Notes: a model not told the origin generated them from the letters alone. A stretch of 64,000 nt of DNA from Candidatus Methylomirabilota bacterium (GCA_035457825.1 DATIAY010000171.1:6920-70919); one strand, 5' to 3'. Numbered from the stretch's first letter, positions 48,031 to 60,457 are shown. Numbers and translations are program-made.

Positions 48031-49350
48031 ATGAGCGCCCGCCGAGACCGAGTTCAGGGAAATTCGACGACCGAAGCGACCCAGACGAGTGGTGGCCTGA
48101 ATCTTTCCGAGCTGAAGGAGAAGACCATCGCCGATCTGAACACGATCGCCCGCGAAATGAACGTCCAGAACATGGGCGGTCTGCGCAAGCAGGAGCTCAT
48201 CTTCAAGATCCTGCAGGCCCAGGCGGAGAAGGACGGCCTCATCTACGCCGAGGGAGTCCTGGAGGTCCTGCCCGACGGCTTCGGTTTCCTCCGCGCGCCC
48301 GACTACAACTATCTGCCGGGTCCCGACGATATCTACGTCTCTCCCTCGCAGATCCGGCGGTTCGATCTGCGGACCGGGGATACGGTGTCGGGCCAGGTGC
48401 GCCCACCCAAGGACTCCGAGCGCTACTTCGCGCTGCTCAAGGTGGAGGCGATCAACTTCGAGGGGCCGGAGCAGGCTCGGGACAAGATCTTCTTCGACAA
48501 CCTCACTCCGCTCTATCCGATGGAGCGGCTGCGACTGGAGCACGACCCGGAAAACCTCACCACCCGGGTCATGGACCTGCTCACGCCGATCGGGAAAGGT
48601 CAGCGCGGACTGATCGTGGCCGCGCCCCGGACGGGCAAGACGATGATGCTGCAGTCGATCGCCCATGCCATCGCCAAGAACCACCCGGAGGTGTACCTCA
48701 TCGTGCTGCTCATCGACGAGCGGCCCGAAGAGGTAACGGACATGCAGCGGACCGTGAAGGGCGAGGTCATCTCCTCGACCTTCGACGAGCCCCCTCAGCG
48801 CCACATTCAGGTGGCCGACATGGTCATCGAGAAGGCCAAGCGGTTGGTGGAGCACAAGCGTGACGTGGTGATCCTGCTCGACTCCCTCACGCGCTTCGCC
48901 CGCGCCCACAACGCGATCATCCCCTCGTCGGGTAAGGTGCTCTCCGGTGGTCTCGACGCCAACGCCCTGCAGCGCCCGCGTCGCTTCTTCGCCACCGCGC
49001 GGAACATCGAGGAAGGAGGCTCCCTGACCATCATGGCCACGGCCATCGTGGACACCGGGAGCCGGATGGACGACGTGATCTTCGAGGAATTCAAGGGTAC
49101 CGGCAACATGGAGGTGCACCTGGACCGTCGCCTAATGGACAAGCGGATCTTTCCGACGATCAACATCGAGCAGTCCGGCACCCGCAAGGAAGAACTGCTG
49201 CTGGAGAAAGACGAGCTGCAGAAGGTCTGGCTGCTTCGCAAGGCGCTCTCCCAGCTCAACCCCGTGGAGGGAATGGAGCTGCTGCTGGACAAGCTCAAGC
49301 TCACCCGGAGCAACAAGGAGTTCCTCGCCTCGATGCACTCGATGGGGTAG
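48031..49350 (+). CDS. rho: transcription termination factor Rho
   Basis: [15 protein letters not shown] cold-shock-type RNA-binding domain and RecA-type ATPase AAPRTGKT. Confidence 0.9.
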   Translation: MSARRDRVQGNSTTEATQTSGGLNLSELKEKTIADLNTIAREMNVQNMGGLRKQELIFKILQAQAEKDGLIYAEGVLEVLPDGFGFLRAPDYNYLPGPDDIYVSPSQIRRFDLRTGDTVSGQVRPPKDSERYFALLKVEAINFEGPEQARDKIFFDNLTPLYPMERLRLEHDPENLTTRVMDLLTPIGKGQRGLIVAAPRTGKTMMLQSIAHAIAKNHPEVYLIVLLIDERPEEVTDMQRTVKGEVISSTFDEPPQRHIQVADMVIEKAKRLVEHKRDVVILLDSLTRFARAHNAIIPSSGKVLSGGLDANALQRPRRFFATARNIEEGGSLTIMATAIVDTGSRMDDVIFEEFKGTGNMEVHLDRRLMDKRIFPTINIEQSGTRKEELLLEKDELQKVWLLRKALSQLNPVEGMELLLDKLKLTRSNKEFLASMHSMG

Positions 49351-49368
49351 GGCCTTCCGGCCGCGCAA

Positions 49369-49399
49369 CCGCCCGGCTTTTGGCGATTTTCCCGGGCGG
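49369..49399 (+). terminator. hairpin CCGCCCGG-N15-CCGGGCGG between rho and rpmE (candidate terminator or leader structure)
   Basis: Perfect 8-bp inverted repeat with a T-rich 15-nt loop; no 3' U-tract. Confidence 0.3.
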
Positions 49400-49430
49400 T
49401 GGTATCCTTGGTCGTTCAAGGAGGTAGGCC

Positions 49431-49646
49431 GTGAAGGCTGGCATTCATCCGGAGTACGTCGAGACCACGATCACCTGTGCCTGCGGGGAGGTCATTCAAA
49501 CCCGTTCTACCAGGCCCGACATCCGCGTGGAGATCTGCTCCAAGTGCCATCCCTTCTACACCGGCAAGCAGAAGATCGTCGATACGGCGGGCCGGGTCGA
49601 GCGCTTCCAGCGCAAGTACAAGCGTCAAGCGGCTCCGACCAGCTGA
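49431..49646 (+). CDS. rpmE: 50S ribosomal protein L31
   Basis: MKAGIHPEY...CACGEVI...[10 protein letters not shown] zinc-ribbon L31. AAGGAGG RBS before the GTG. Confidence 0.9.
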   Translation: MKAGIHPEYVETTITCACGEVIQTRSTRPDIRVEICSKCHPFYTGKQKIVDTAGRVERFQRKYKRQAAPTS

Positions 49647-49684
49647 GCGCTCCGCCGGGCCGGCACCGGGCCGGGTGAGCCACG

Positions 49685-50758
49685 ATGCTGTTTGACAAGC
49701 TCCGTCAGATCGAGGAGCGCTGGGAGGAGCTGGGCCGCGCGCTGGCTGATCCCCGCGTCTACGGCAATCCCCACGAGCTAGCCCGCCTCCGCAAAGAACA
49801 CGCCGAGACCGCCGAGATCGTCGAGCACTTCCAGGAGTATCGCGAGATCTTGCGTCGGCTGGGCGAGGCCCGGCACCTGCTCGGCGAGGAAGGCGACCAC
49901 GAGCTTCAGGAACTGGCCCAGGCCGAGGTCGCGGAGCTGAGTCGGAAGCAGGCCGACCTCGAAATCGAGCTCAAGCGGCTCCTCGTTCCCCGGGACCCCA
50001 ACGACGACAAGAACGTTTTCCTGGAAATCCGCGCCGGAGCTGGCGGTGACGAGGCTGCGCTGTTCGCGGCCGATCTGGCCCGGATGTACACGAAGTACGC
50101 CGAGCGCCAGCGCTGGAAGGTCGAGGTCATGGACTCGAGCGCCACCGGTGTCGGCGGTCTCAAAGAGATGATCCTCTTCGTCCAGGGGCGGGGCGCCTGG
50201 AGCCGGCTCAAGTACGAGCGCGGCGTCCACCGGGTACAACGGGTGCCGGTCACCGAGTCGGCCGGCCGGATCCACACCTCGACCGTGACAGTGGCGGTCC
50301 TGCTGGAGGCGGAGGATGTCGAGATCAGGGTGGACGAGAAGGATCTGAAGGTTGACGTCTACCGCTCCTCCGGCCCGGGGGGCCAGGGCGTCAACACCAC
50401 CGACTCCGCCGTGCGGATCACGCACCTGCCCACCGGATTGGTGGTCACGTGTCAGGACGAGCGGTCGCAGATCAAGAACCGGGCGAAGGCGCTCCGAGTC
50501 CTCAAGGCCCGCCTGCTCGAGCGCGCCCAGCAGGAGCAACAGGCGGCGATCGCCGCCGACCGGCGAAGTCAGGTGGGCACGGGTGAGCGCAGCGAGCGCA
50601 TCCGTACGTACAACTTCCCCCAGACCCGGGTGACTGACCACCGGGTCGGGCTGACGCTGCATCGGCTGGGCGCCGTGCTGGAGGGCGACCTCGACGAGAT
50701 CATCGATGCCCTGGCGGCGGCCGAGCATGCTGAGCGGCTCGAGCGGGTGACGCCATGA
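49685..50758 (+). CDS. prfA: peptide chain release factor 1
   Basis: PxT-type RF1 with the GGQ motif ([12 protein letters not shown]). Confidence 0.9.
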   Translation: MLFDKLRQIEERWEELGRALADPRVYGNPHELARLRKEHAETAEIVEHFQEYREILRRLGEARHLLGEEGDHELQELAQAEVAELSRKQADLEIELKRLLVPRDPNDDKNVFLEIRAGAGGDEAALFAADLARMYTKYAERQRWKVEVMDSSATGVGGLKEMILFVQGRGAWSRLKYERGVHRVQRVPVTESAGRIHTSTVTVAVLLEAEDVEIRVDEKDLKVDVYRSSGPGGQGVNTTDSAVRITHLPTGLVVTCQDERSQIKNRAKALRVLKARLLERAQQEQQAAIAADRRSQVGTGERSERIRTYNFPQTRVTDHRVGLTLHRLGAVLEGDLDEIIDALAAAEHAERLERVTP

Positions 50759-51705
50759 GGTCGGCCGGGACGATGGCCCGGCTGCTGGAGGTGGCCTCGG
50801 CCCGGCTGGCGGCGGCGGGTATCGACACGCCACGAGTGGACGCCGAGTGGCTGCTGGCCGGCCTGCTCGGGTTCCGCCGCGGCGACCTCGGGGTACTCCT
50901 TGCCCAAAAGCCGGATGCCGGGCTCGTTACGCGGTACGAGGCGGCGATCGAGCGTCGCCGGAGCCGTGAGCCCCTGCAACGCATCCTCGGCTGGGAAGGC
51001 TTTCGGGGCCTGCGTTTGGACCTCAACCCCGAGGTGCTCGTGCCCCGGCCGGAGACCGAGGTCCTCGTGGAGCTGGCCCTGGCCCTGCTCCCCACACCCC
51101 GTGGGGGGCGCTGCCCGGTGGTCATCGACGTTGGCACTGGCTCGGGGTGCGTCGCCTGCGCCATTGCCGCCGAGCATGCCGACCTCCGGGTGATCGCGAC
51201 CGACACGGCGACCGGCGCGCTGCAGGTCGCGCGGGCCAATGCCCTTCGGCTGGGGCTGAGCCGGATCCACTTCGTCGCCGCCGACCTCCTGACTGCAGTG
51301 GGGCCGGGGGCCGCCGATCTGGTCGTTTCCAACCCTCCATACCTGACCACGTCGCAGCTGGGGAGCCTGGGACCGGAAGTGCGGGATCACGAGCCCCGGG
51401 GGGCGCTGGATGGTGGGCACGACGGTCTGCGAGTGCTGGCCGGTCTGGTTGGGGACTCGAAGCGCATCCTCCGCCGCGGGGGGGTTCTGGTCGTGGAGTC
51501 GGCCGGTGGCCCTCAGGCCGACGCCGTGGTGGAGCTCATGCGCGAGGCAGGCCTCGTCGACGTGGCAGTGCATCGGGACCTTGCCGGGATTGACCGCTTC
51601 GTCTCCGCGAGGGTTGACGCGAGTCATGTGCGGAATGTGGGTCGCACCACACTCGAACGGGGAGGTGTGGCGGGGACGGCCGCCGCCCTCGCCAGGATAA
51701 AGTAA
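50755..51705 (+). CDS. prmC: release factor glutamine methyltransferase
   Basis: NPPY motif (VVSNPPYL) and VIDVGTGSG; overlaps prfA. Unusual roughly 35-aa C-terminal extension. Confidence 0.85.
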   Translation: MRSAGTMARLLEVASARLAAAGIDTPRVDAEWLLAGLLGFRRGDLGVLLAQKPDAGLVTRYEAAIERRRSREPLQRILGWEGFRGLRLDLNPEVLVPRPETEVLVELALALLPTPRGGRCPVVIDVGTGSGCVACAIAAEHADLRVIATDTATGALQVARANALRLGLSRIHFVAADLLTAVGPGAADLVVSNPPYLTTSQLGSLGPEVRDHEPRGALDGGHDGLRVLAGLVGDSKRILRRGGVLVVESAGGPQADAVVELMREAGLVDVAVHRDLAGIDRFVSARVDASHVRNVGRTTLERGGVAGTAAALARIK

Positions 51706-52958
51706 TGCCGGCCCGACTGCTCATCGAGGGAGGCGTGCCGCTCAGGGGCTCGGTCACCGTCAGCGCCGCAAAGAACGCCGCGTTGCCTGCGCTGGCGGCC
51801 GGGCTGCTGACCCCGGAGCCGCTCACGTTCTCGAACGTCCCGGACCTTCAGGACGTTCACACCATGGTCCGGTTGCTGCAAACGCTGGGGGCTTCGGTCG
51901 ACCGCCTGGGGTCCCGGGCCCGCGTCCGGGTCGAGCGCGTCGCCGGCGACGTCGCCGCCTACGAGCTGGTGTCCACGATGCGCGCCTCCGTGCTCGTGCT
52001 GGGACCGCTGGTGGCCCGGCACGGCTCGGCGCGCGTCGCGTTGCCCGGAGGATGCGCGATCGGCGTCCGTCCCATCGATCAGCATCTCAAGGGGCTGGCC
52101 AAGCTCGGGGCTGAGATCGCCATCGAGAACGGCTACGTGGTGGCCCGGGCCAGCCGGCTCAAGGCCGCGCGTATCGCTACCGATCTCGTGACCGTGACGG
52201 GCACGGAAAACCTCATGATGGCGGCGACACTAGCCCAGGGTACGACTGTCATCGAGAACGCCGCCCGGGAGCCCGAGGTCGTCGATCTCGCTCGCCTTCT
52301 CCAGGCGATGGGTGCGCACATCGAGGGCGCGGGAACGCCGCGGATCGAGATCGAAGGCGTGTCGGATCTGGGCGGAGCCCTGCACACGATCGTTCCCGAT
52401 CGCGTCGAAGCAGGAACGCTGCTCGTGGCAGGGGCGATCACCCGGGGCGATGTGTTCGTGACGGGACTCGTTCCCGACCACATCACCGCCGTGCTGGCCA
52501 AGCTCGAGGAGTGCGGGGTGAGCCTGGAGGTCGGGACCGACCGTGTGCGTGTGCGAGGCCCGGAGCGGCCACGGCCGGCCGACGTTACGACCAGCCCGTT
52601 CCCGGGCTTCCCCACCGACATGCAGGCGCAGCTGATGACGCTGCTCGGCCTTGCCGACGGCCAGTCGCGGGTGACCGAGACCATCTTCGAAAACCGCTTC
52701 ATGCACGCAGCCGAACTGGTACGCATGGGGGCCCGCATCGAGACGGAGGGCTCAACGGCCATCATTCGGGGCGTGCCCTCGTACCAGGGAGCACCGGTGA
52801 TGGCGTCGGACCTGCGCGCGTCGGCGGCCCTCGTACTGGCCGGGCTGGCTGCCGGCGGCCGGACGGAGATTGCCCGTGTCTATCACCTCGATCGCGGCTA
52901 CGAGCGGTTGGAGGTGAAGCTGCGCGGGCTGGGCGCCCGCATCGAGCGCCTGCCGTGA
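51705..52958 (+). CDS. murA: UDP-N-acetylglucosamine 1-carboxyvinyltransferase
   Basis: Active-site Cys in [14 protein letters not shown]; EPSP-synthase fold. Confidence 0.9.
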   Translation: MPARLLIEGGVPLRGSVTVSAAKNAALPALAAGLLTPEPLTFSNVPDLQDVHTMVRLLQTLGASVDRLGSRARVRVERVAGDVAAYELVSTMRASVLVLGPLVARHGSARVALPGGCAIGVRPIDQHLKGLAKLGAEIAIENGYVVARASRLKAARIATDLVTVTGTENLMMAATLAQGTTVIENAAREPEVVDLARLLQAMGAHIEGAGTPRIEIEGVSDLGGALHTIVPDRVEAGTLLVAGAITRGDVFVTGLVPDHITAVLAKLEECGVSLEVGTDRVRVRGPERPRPADVTTSPFPGFPTDMQAQLMTLLGLADGQSRVTETIFENRFMHAAELVRMGARIETEGSTAIIRGVPSYQGAPVMASDLRASAALVLAGLAAGGRTEIARVYHLDRGYERLEVKLRGLGARIERLP

Positions 52959-53616
52959 AAGAGCGACTCACCCTGGCTTTGCCCAAGGGGCGCCTGCTCG
53001 ACGGCGCCCTGGCGCTGCTTCGCGAGATCGGGATCGACGGGGTCGAGGCAGAATCGCGACGGCTGATCTTCACGGATCCACGACGCGGCCTCCGGCTACT
53101 CTTCCTCAAGCCGGCAGACATTCCCGCCTACGTCACCTACGGGGCCGCCGACCTCGGCATCGTCGGCAAGGACATCCTGCTCGAGCAGGAGCCTGATGTG
53201 TACGAGCCGCTCGACCTGGGCTTCGGATTCTGCCGGCTGGTGGTGGCCGAGCCCCGCGAGCTGTGGGAGCGCGACGATCCCTCGAAGTGGTCCTGGGTCC
53301 GGGTCGCGACCAAGTATCCGCGGATGGCCGAGCGGTACTTCTCCGAGCGCGGGGTACAGGTGGAGATCGTGCGCCTGGACGGCTCCATCGAGCTGGCGCC
53401 CCTGGTCGGGCTCGCCGAGCGTATCGTGGACCTCGTGCAGTCGGGGGAAACCTTGAGGGCCAACGGGCTGGTGGAGGTTGCCGAGATCGCGCGCTCCACG
53501 GCCCGGGTGATCGTCAACCGGGCCTCGATGAAGACCGAATACGCTGCCGTGACCGAGCTGATCGATGAGCTGCGCCGGCGCACGGTGCCCGTGCCGGCCT
53601 CTTCGGGCTCCCGGCC

Positions 53617-53620
<4 letters not shown>
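52955..53620 (+). CDS. hisG: ATP phosphoribosyltransferase, short form
   Basis: [11 protein letters not shown]-terminus. GTG overlaps the murA stop (GTGA). Confidence 0.85.
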
Positions 53621-54920
<1,300 letters not shown>

Positions 54921-54924
<4 letters not shown>

Positions 54925-55520
54925 GCCGAGCGCTGCGCCAGGCCCGTGTGGAACGCAAGACGAAGGAGACCGAGGTGGCGATCAGCCTCAACCTCGACGG
55001 CACCGGTGCCGCCAAGGTCGGCACCCCGATCCCCTTCTTCAGCCACATGCTCGAGGCGTGGGCGAAGCACGGCCTCATGGACCTCACGGTGGAAGCGAGT
55101 GGGGACGTCGAGGTGGACATCCACCACACCGTCGAGGATGTCGGCATCGTGCTGGGACAGGCCCTCCGCGAGGCCTTCGGCGACAAGCGCGGCATCGTTC
55201 GCTACGGGACCGCCTTCGTGCCCATGGACGAGGCCCTCGTCGCGGCCGCCGTCGACATCTCGGGGCGCCCGTACCTCGTGTTCAACGTGCCGGTGGCCCG
55301 CACCCGGGTGGCCAACTTCGACCTCGACATGCTCCAGGAGTTCTTCCGGGCCTTCGCCTTCAATGCCGAGATCACCCTGCACGTGACCATGCATTACGGT
55401 CATAACCTGCACCACATCACGGAGGCCGTATTCAAGGCCGTGGGGCGGGCGCTGGCCGAGGCCAGCCGGATCAACCCTCGCATCGCCGACGTTCTGCCAT
55501 CGACCAAGGGACGCCTGTGA
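54921..55520 (+). CDS. hisB: imidazoleglycerol-phosphate dehydratase
   Basis: RKTKETEV N-terminus, and DIHHTVEDVGI / HYGHNLHH metal-binding motifs. Confidence 0.9.
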
Positions 55521-55652
55521 TGGTGGTCGTGCGAGCCGCAGGTGAAGGCGAGGTGAGCCTGTGATGGTGGTCGTGCGAGCCGCAGGTGAAGGCGAGGCGA
55601 GCCGGTGATGGTGGTCGTGCGAGCCGCAGGCGAAGGCGAGGCGAGCCGGTGA
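55520..55652 (+). repeat. three tandem 44-nt units, each a 14-codon mini-ORF (MVVVRAAGEGE-V/A-S-L/R), chained by TGATG overlaps from the hisB stop to the hisH GTG
   Basis: Units read directly at 55520-55564, 55564-55608 and 55608-55652. Period 44 = 45-1. Confidence 0.65.
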
Positions 55653-56308
55653 TCGCAATCATCGATTATGGCCGCGGCAACCTGGGTTCCGTGGAAAAGG
55701 CCTTCCAGCGGGTCGGTGTGCCGGCGACGGTCACCGAGGATCCGCGCGTCGTCGAGGACGCCGAGGCCGTGGTGCTCCCCGGGGACGGGGCGTTCCACGA
55801 CGCGATGGCCAATCTGGAGCAACTGGAGTTGCGGGCGCCGCTGTTGCGCGCCCTGGACGGGCGCCGGCCCTTCCTGGGAATCTGCCTGGGCTATCAGCTG
55901 CTGTTCTCGAGCAGCGAGGAGTTCGGCCAGGGCCGCGGGCTGGACGTCATCCCCGGCGTGGTGCGGCGGTTCCCGGCCGGCCGGAAGGTCCCGCACATGG
56001 GCTGGAATCGCGTCCACGGTGGCGGCGGGCTCCGGCTGTTCGAGGGGATCCCCGACGGCGCCCACTTCTACTTCGTCCACTCTTTTTATCCGGTTGTAGC
56101 GGGGGCCGCAAGCTCGGGTAGGACCGAGGGTGGCCGGCCCCCGGCGGCCGGAGCTCCGGAGGTGGCGTGGTGCGAGTACGGTGTGCGATTCGCGGCCGCC
56201 CTGGAGCGTGGGCGGATCTTCGCGACGCAGTTCCACCCCGAAAAGAGTCAGCGCTGGGGGCTGCGGCTCCTCGAGAACTTTGCCGCGCTCGTGAAGAGCG
56301 GCGGATGA
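55649..56308 (+). CDS. hisH: imidazole glycerol phosphate synthase, glutamine amidotransferase subunit
   Basis: IAIIDYGRGNL N-terminus, catalytic GICLGYQLL and HPEKS. GTG overlaps the last mini-ORF stop (GTGA). Confidence 0.85.
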   Translation: MIAIIDYGRGNLGSVEKAFQRVGVPATVTEDPRVVEDAEAVVLPGDGAFHDAMANLEQLELRAPLLRALDGRRPFLGICLGYQLLFSSSEEFGQGRGLDVIPGVVRRFPAGRKVPHMGWNRVHGGGGLRLFEGIPDGAHFYFVHSFYPVVAGAASSGRTEGGRPPAAGAPEVAWCEYGVRFAAALERGRIFATQFHPEKSQRWGLRLLENFAALVKSGG

Positions 56309-57015
56309 TCGTCATTCCGGCCGTCGACATCCGCGGCGGCCTCTGCGTGCGCCTGCGCGAGGGTCGGGCCGACCAGGAGACCGTGTTCTCCGCGGATCCG
56401 GTGACCGTGACCCGACGCTGGGTGGAACTTGGCGCCGAACGTCTGCATGTCGTCGATCTTGACGGGGCCCTGGGCAAACCCCGACAGATGGACGTGGTGC
56501 GCCGGGTCATCGAGGCCGCCGGGCCGGTCCCCGTGCAGGTGGGTGGAGGTCTCCGTGACGATGCGGCCGTGGCGGCGATGTTCAAAGCCGGGGCGCGCTG
56601 GGTGGTGCTCGGGACCCGGGCCCTCGATACCACGTTCCTGACCGGGACTTGCCAGAAGCACCCGGGGGGCATCATCGTCGCCGTTGACGGGCGCGGCTCG
56701 CGTGTGGCGGTGAAGGGTTGGACCGAAGTCGCCGAGGTGACGGTGATCGAGCTGGGCCGGCAGGCCCAGGCCGCGGGGGCGGCCGCGCTTCTGTACACGG
56801 ACGTCAGCCGGGATGGGACCGAGCAGGGGCCCAACGTGAAGGACACGGCGGCGCTGGCCGAGGCCGTCGGCATGCCCATTCTCGCCTCAGGCGGCGTGTC
56901 GAGCGTCGACGATCTCAGGGCGCTCGCCGCCGTTCCCGGAGTCGAGGGGGTGGTCGTCGGCCGCGCGCTGTATACCGGGGCCATCGATCTCCGCCAGGCA
57001 CTGGAAGCCGTCTAG
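56305..57015 (+). CDS. hisA: ProFAR isomerase
   Basis: IPAVDIRGG N-terminus. Confidence 0.9.
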   Translation: MIVIPAVDIRGGLCVRLREGRADQETVFSADPVTVTRRWVELGAERLHVVDLDGALGKPRQMDVVRRVIEAAGPVPVQVGGGLRDDAAVAAMFKAGARWVVLGTRALDTTFLTGTCQKHPGGIIVAVDGRGSRVAVKGWTEVAEVTVIELGRQAQAAGAAALLYTDVSRDGTEQGPNVKDTAALAEAVGMPILASGGVSSVDDLRALAAVPGVEGVVVGRALYTGAIDLRQALEAV

Positions 57016-57789
57016 ATGCTGGCCAAGCGCCTCATCCCCTGTCTGGACGTCAAGGACGGGCGCGTCGTCAAAGGGGTGCGCTTCGTCGATCTCCGCGACG
57101 CCGGCGATCCGGTGGAGGCCGCGTTGGCCTACGATGCCCAGGGTGCCGACGAGCTCGTCTTCCTGGACATCACCGCCTCTCACGAGAATCGAAAGATCAT
57201 GCTCGACGTCGTGGCCCGCACAGCAGAGGGCATCTACATGCCGCTGACGGTCGGCGGCGGCATCCGGGGGATCGCTGACGTCCGGGCGTTGCTGCGCGCC
57301 GGCGCCGACAAGGTGTCACTGAACACTGCAGCGCTGGAAAGCCCCGAGCTCATCAAGGAGGCCGCCGAGCGGTTCGGGAGCCAATGCATCGTGGTGGCGA
57401 TAGACGCGCGCCGGGCGCCGGGCCCCGGCTCCGGCCGCTGGGGCGTCTACACCCATGGCGGGCGGCGGGCGGCCGGGCGGGACGCCGTGGAGTGGGCCAG
57501 GACGGCGGTGGCCCTGGGCGCCGGTGAAATCCTCTTGACGAGCATGGATCGGGACGGCACCAAGGACGGCTATGACCTCGAGCTGACCCGTGCGGTGGCC
57601 GAGGCGGTGGAGGTGCCGGTGATCGCCTCGGGCGGTGCCGGTTCCCTGGAGCACCTCGCCGAAGGCCTGATCGAGGGGCGCGCGGACGCGGCCCTGGCCG
57701 CGTCGATCTTCCACTTCGGTATCCATACCATCGCCGAGGCGAAGCGGTATCTTCGCGACCGCGGTGTGGAGGTGCGGCTGGAGCCGTGA
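57016..57789 (+). CDS. hisF: imidazole glycerol phosphate synthase, cyclase subunit
   Basis: [17 protein letters not shown]-terminus. Confidence 0.9.
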   Translation: MLAKRLIPCLDVKDGRVVKGVRFVDLRDAGDPVEAALAYDAQGADELVFLDITASHENRKIMLDVVARTAEGIYMPLTVGGGIRGIADVRALLRAGADKVSLNTAALESPELIKEAAERFGSQCIVVAIDARRAPGPGSGRWGVYTHGGRRAAGRDAVEWARTAVALGAGEILLTSMDRDGTKDGYDLELTRAVAEAVEVPVIASGGAGSLEHLAEGLIEGRADAALAASIFHFGIHTIAEAKRYLRDRGVEVRLEP

Positions 57790-58418
57790 AGCTGGACGAC
57801 CTGAAATTCGACGACCGTGGTCTCATCCCGGCGGTGGTCCAGGAGGCCGACACCGGTGAGGTCCTCATGGTTGCGTGGATGGATCGGCGGGCGCTCGAGG
57901 CGACGCTGGCGACGGGACTCACCCACTTCTGGTCCCGCTCACGGCAACAATCCTGGCGCAAGGGCGAGACTTCGGGTCACACCCAGCACGTCCGCGCGCT
58001 CTACACCGACTGCGATGCCGACACCCTGCTCGTCCAGGTGCATCAGGAGGGCGTTGCCTGCCATACCGGCAACCGCACCTGCTTTTTCACGGCGATGCGG
58101 GAAGGTCCGCAGGCCGCCAACATGTTGGAGCGGCTGGAGCGGGTCGTGGAAAGCCGCAAAGCGACACCCCAGGCCGGCTCCTACGTGAGCGGGCTCCTGG
58201 CCAAAGGCGAGGCGACCATCGCCCGAAAGATCGGCGAGGAGGCGAGCGAGGTGATTACGGCGGCCCTGGGCGGCGAAGGCGATCGGCGCGTGATCGAGGA
58301 GGTCGCCGATCTCTGGTTCCACACGCTGGTCCTGCTGGGGGCCCGGGGGCTCCGGTTGCGCGAGGTGCTTGAGGAGCTGGCCCGGCGCCATCAGGCTCGC
58401 ACGACGCCAAGCGCCTGA
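57786..58418 (+). CDS. hisIE: bifunctional phosphoribosyl-AMP cyclohydrolase / phosphoribosyl-ATP pyrophosphatase
   Basis: HisI region ([16 protein letters not shown]...[10 protein letters not shown]) followed by HisE region ([10 protein letters not shown]...[10 protein letters not shown]). Confidence 0.9.
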   Translation: MKLDDLKFDDRGLIPAVVQEADTGEVLMVAWMDRRALEATLATGLTHFWSRSRQQSWRKGETSGHTQHVRALYTDCDADTLLVQVHQEGVACHTGNRTCFFTAMREGPQAANMLERLERVVESRKATPQAGSYVSGLLAKGEATIARKIGEEASEVITAALGGEGDRRVIEEVADLWFHTLVLLGARGLRLREVLEELARRHQARTTPSA

Positions 58419-58425
58419 GCGCCGG

Positions 58426-58950
58426 GTGCGCCTCTTCTGCGCCGGGGTGGTGAGGGTCGGCCTCCTGGGCGCGCTGTTCGCGTTCCTGGTGGCCGGCTGT
58501 GCCGGGCGTCGGATTGAGCACGGCGTCTTCTACTCGACGAAGGGCTATCAGATACGGATCCCGGGACCAGAGTGGATGGTCGTCAACGATAGCCGCGCTG
58601 ACCTGGAGCTGAAGGCGCGCGACGGGCGGGCGGGGATGCTGGCGAATGCCACCTGCGAGGCCCACGTCGCCCGGCGCTCGCCCAATGTTCTCCAACGGCA
58701 ATTGCTCGTGGGGCTCTCGAACCCGCGCGTCATCGAGCGGGGTGAGGTGACCATGGCGGGTCGACCCGCCCCGCGCACCGTGCTGGAGGCGGGGGTCGCC
58801 GACGACGGTGGGCGGGTGCGCATTGACGCGGTCACGGTGACCAACTCCCGCTGTGTGTACGACCTCATCTTCGTCGCCCCCGTCGCCGCCTTCGCCGAGC
58901 GGCAGGCCGACTTCGCGGCGTTCGTAGCGAGCTTCACGGCAGGACGGTGA
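58426..58950 (+). CDS. hypothetical lipoprotein
   Basis: Lipobox FLVAGC after a hydrophobic stretch; no recognised family. GTG start chosen to avoid overlap with hisIE. Confidence 0.45.
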   Translation: MRLFCAGVVRVGLLGALFAFLVAGCAGRRIEHGVFYSTKGYQIRIPGPEWMVVNDSRADLELKARDGRAGMLANATCEAHVARRSPNVLQRQLLVGLSNPRVIERGEVTMAGRPAPRTVLEAGVADDGGRVRIDAVTVTNSRCVYDLIFVAPVAAFAERQADFAAFVASFTAGR

Positions 58951-59711
58951 TGATCCTCTACTTGCGACGGACCGCGATGTGGTACGGGGGGCTGGGCCTG
59001 CTCGGCGGTGCCGTGTTGCGCAACCTAGCGCTGCCGCCCGCCTACGTGCAGCATGTCGTGGCCGAGATGGAGACGATGGGCGTCCGCTCGCTGGGGGTGG
59101 CCCTGACCGCGGCGATCTTCACCGGCATGGTGTTCGCCATCCAGAGCGCCGTCAACATGGCCCGCTTCGGCGCCGAGAACTACGTCGGCCCTCTGACCGC
59201 CCTGGCCATCCTGCGCGAGCTCGGGCCCGTGCTCACTGCGGTCCTGGTCGGTGGTAAGGTGGCCTCGGGCATCACCGCCGAGCTGGGATCGATGAAGGTC
59301 ACTGAGCAGATCGACGCGCTGCGCACGCTGGGCGTCAACTACATCAAGCGGCTCATCGTCCCGCGCATCCTCGCCGCCCTCGTGGTCTTCCCCCTCCTCA
59401 CGGTGCTGGCCGATGCGCTGGGGGTGCTCGGCGGCCTGGCCGTGATGGTTTTCGAGCGGGGGGCCGACCCGTATGCGTACTGGAACACGACGACGTACTG
59501 GGTCGTGCCGAAGGACTTCCTCATGGGGATCGGCAAGAGCGTCTTCTTCGGGATCATCGTCACCCTCATCGGCTGCTACAACGGTCTGGCGACGGAGGGC
59601 GGGACCGAGGGGCTGGGGCGGGCCACGACGGCCACAGTCGTTCACGTCACCATGGGGGTCATCGTGTCGGACTTCTTCCTGACCAAGCTCTTCCTCAGCC
59701 TGTTCTGGTGA
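58947..59711 (+). CDS. mlaE: MlaE-family ABC permease (phospholipid transport)
   Basis: 254 aa, five or six TM helices. Confidence 0.85.
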   Translation: MMILYLRRTAMWYGGLGLLGGAVLRNLALPPAYVQHVVAEMETMGVRSLGVALTAAIFTGMVFAIQSAVNMARFGAENYVGPLTALAILRELGPVLTAVLVGGKVASGITAELGSMKVTEQIDALRTLGVNYIKRLIVPRILAALVVFPLLTVLADALGVLGGLAVMVFERGADPYAYWNTTTYWVVPKDFLMGIGKSVFFGIIVTLIGCYNGLATEGGTEGLGRATTATVVHVTMGVIVSDFFLTKLFLSLFW

Positions 59712-60457
59712 GGGTCGTGGCGCCGCTGGTCGAGGTCGTCGATGTCTGGAAGGCGTTCGATGCCCTCCAGGTGCTGTCAGGGGTGTCGCTGAAAGCTGTG
59801 CGGGGAGAGACGCTGGTCGTCATGGGGGGTAGCGGGTCGGGCAAGACCGTGCTGCTCCGGATCATCGCCGGCCTGCTCCGTCCCGACCGGGGGCGCATCT
59901 GCCTGCTGGGCCACTGGATCGAGCGCCTGTCGGAGGAGCAGCTGCTCCCCATTCGCCGGAGGATCGGCTACGTCTTTCAGGGCGCGGCGCTCTTCGACTC
60001 GCTCTCGGTCCTGGAGAACGTGGCCTACCCCTTGCGCGAGCACGCCCGGCTCGGAGAGTCGGAGATCCACGATCGGGTGGTGCACTTCCTGTCGCTGGTC
60101 GGACTCAACGGCAACGTGCTATCGCTCCTGCCCGCCGAGCTCTCCGGGGGCATGCGCAAGCGCGTCAGCATCGCCCGGGCCCTGGCGAACGAGCCCGAGG
60201 TCATGCTCTTCGACGAGCCGACGGCGGGCCTCGATCCCACGAACTCGCGGCTCGTCGCCGAGCTGATCTCGCAGGTGAGGACGGGGGTGTGCGACACTGC
60301 CATCGTGGTGACGCACGACCTCGAACTCACGCGCACGGTCGCCGATCGTGTCGCCGTCCTCATCGACGGACGATTCGCCGCATCGGGGCCACGAGAAGCC
60401 GTGCTGGAGTCGACCGACTCCGCGGTGCAGGCGTTTCTGGCCGGCCAGGCGAGGTGA
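59708..60457 (+). CDS. mlaF: MlaF-family ABC ATP-binding protein
   Basis: Walker A GGSGSGKT, LSGGMRKRVSIARAL, LFDEPTAGLD. Confidence 0.85.
   Translation: MRVVAPLVEVVDVWKAFDALQVLSGVSLKAVRGETLVVMGGSGSGKTVLLRIIAGLLRPDRGRICLLGHWIERLSEEQLLPIRRRIGYVFQGAALFDSLSVLENVAYPLREHARLGESEIHDRVVHFLSLVGLNGNVLSLLPAELSGGMRKRVSIARALANEPEVMLFDEPTAGLDPTNSRLVAELISQVRTGVCDTAIVVTHDLELTRTVADRVAVLIDGRFAASGPREAVLESTDSAVQAFLAGQAR

Noticed and set aside
52511-52954. Upstream extension of the hisG ORF (369-aa version)
   Set aside because: The extension lies inside murA in another frame. The hisG family N-terminus begins at GTG 52955, overlapping the murA stop.
55520-55652. CRISPR array or IS element as explanation for the tandem repeats (also at 17344-17462, 637-766, 9878-10021)
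   Set aside because: There are only 2-3 contiguous copies with no unique spacers, no cas genes, no terminal inverted repeats and no transposase. The repeats are better explained as short intergenic tandem duplications.
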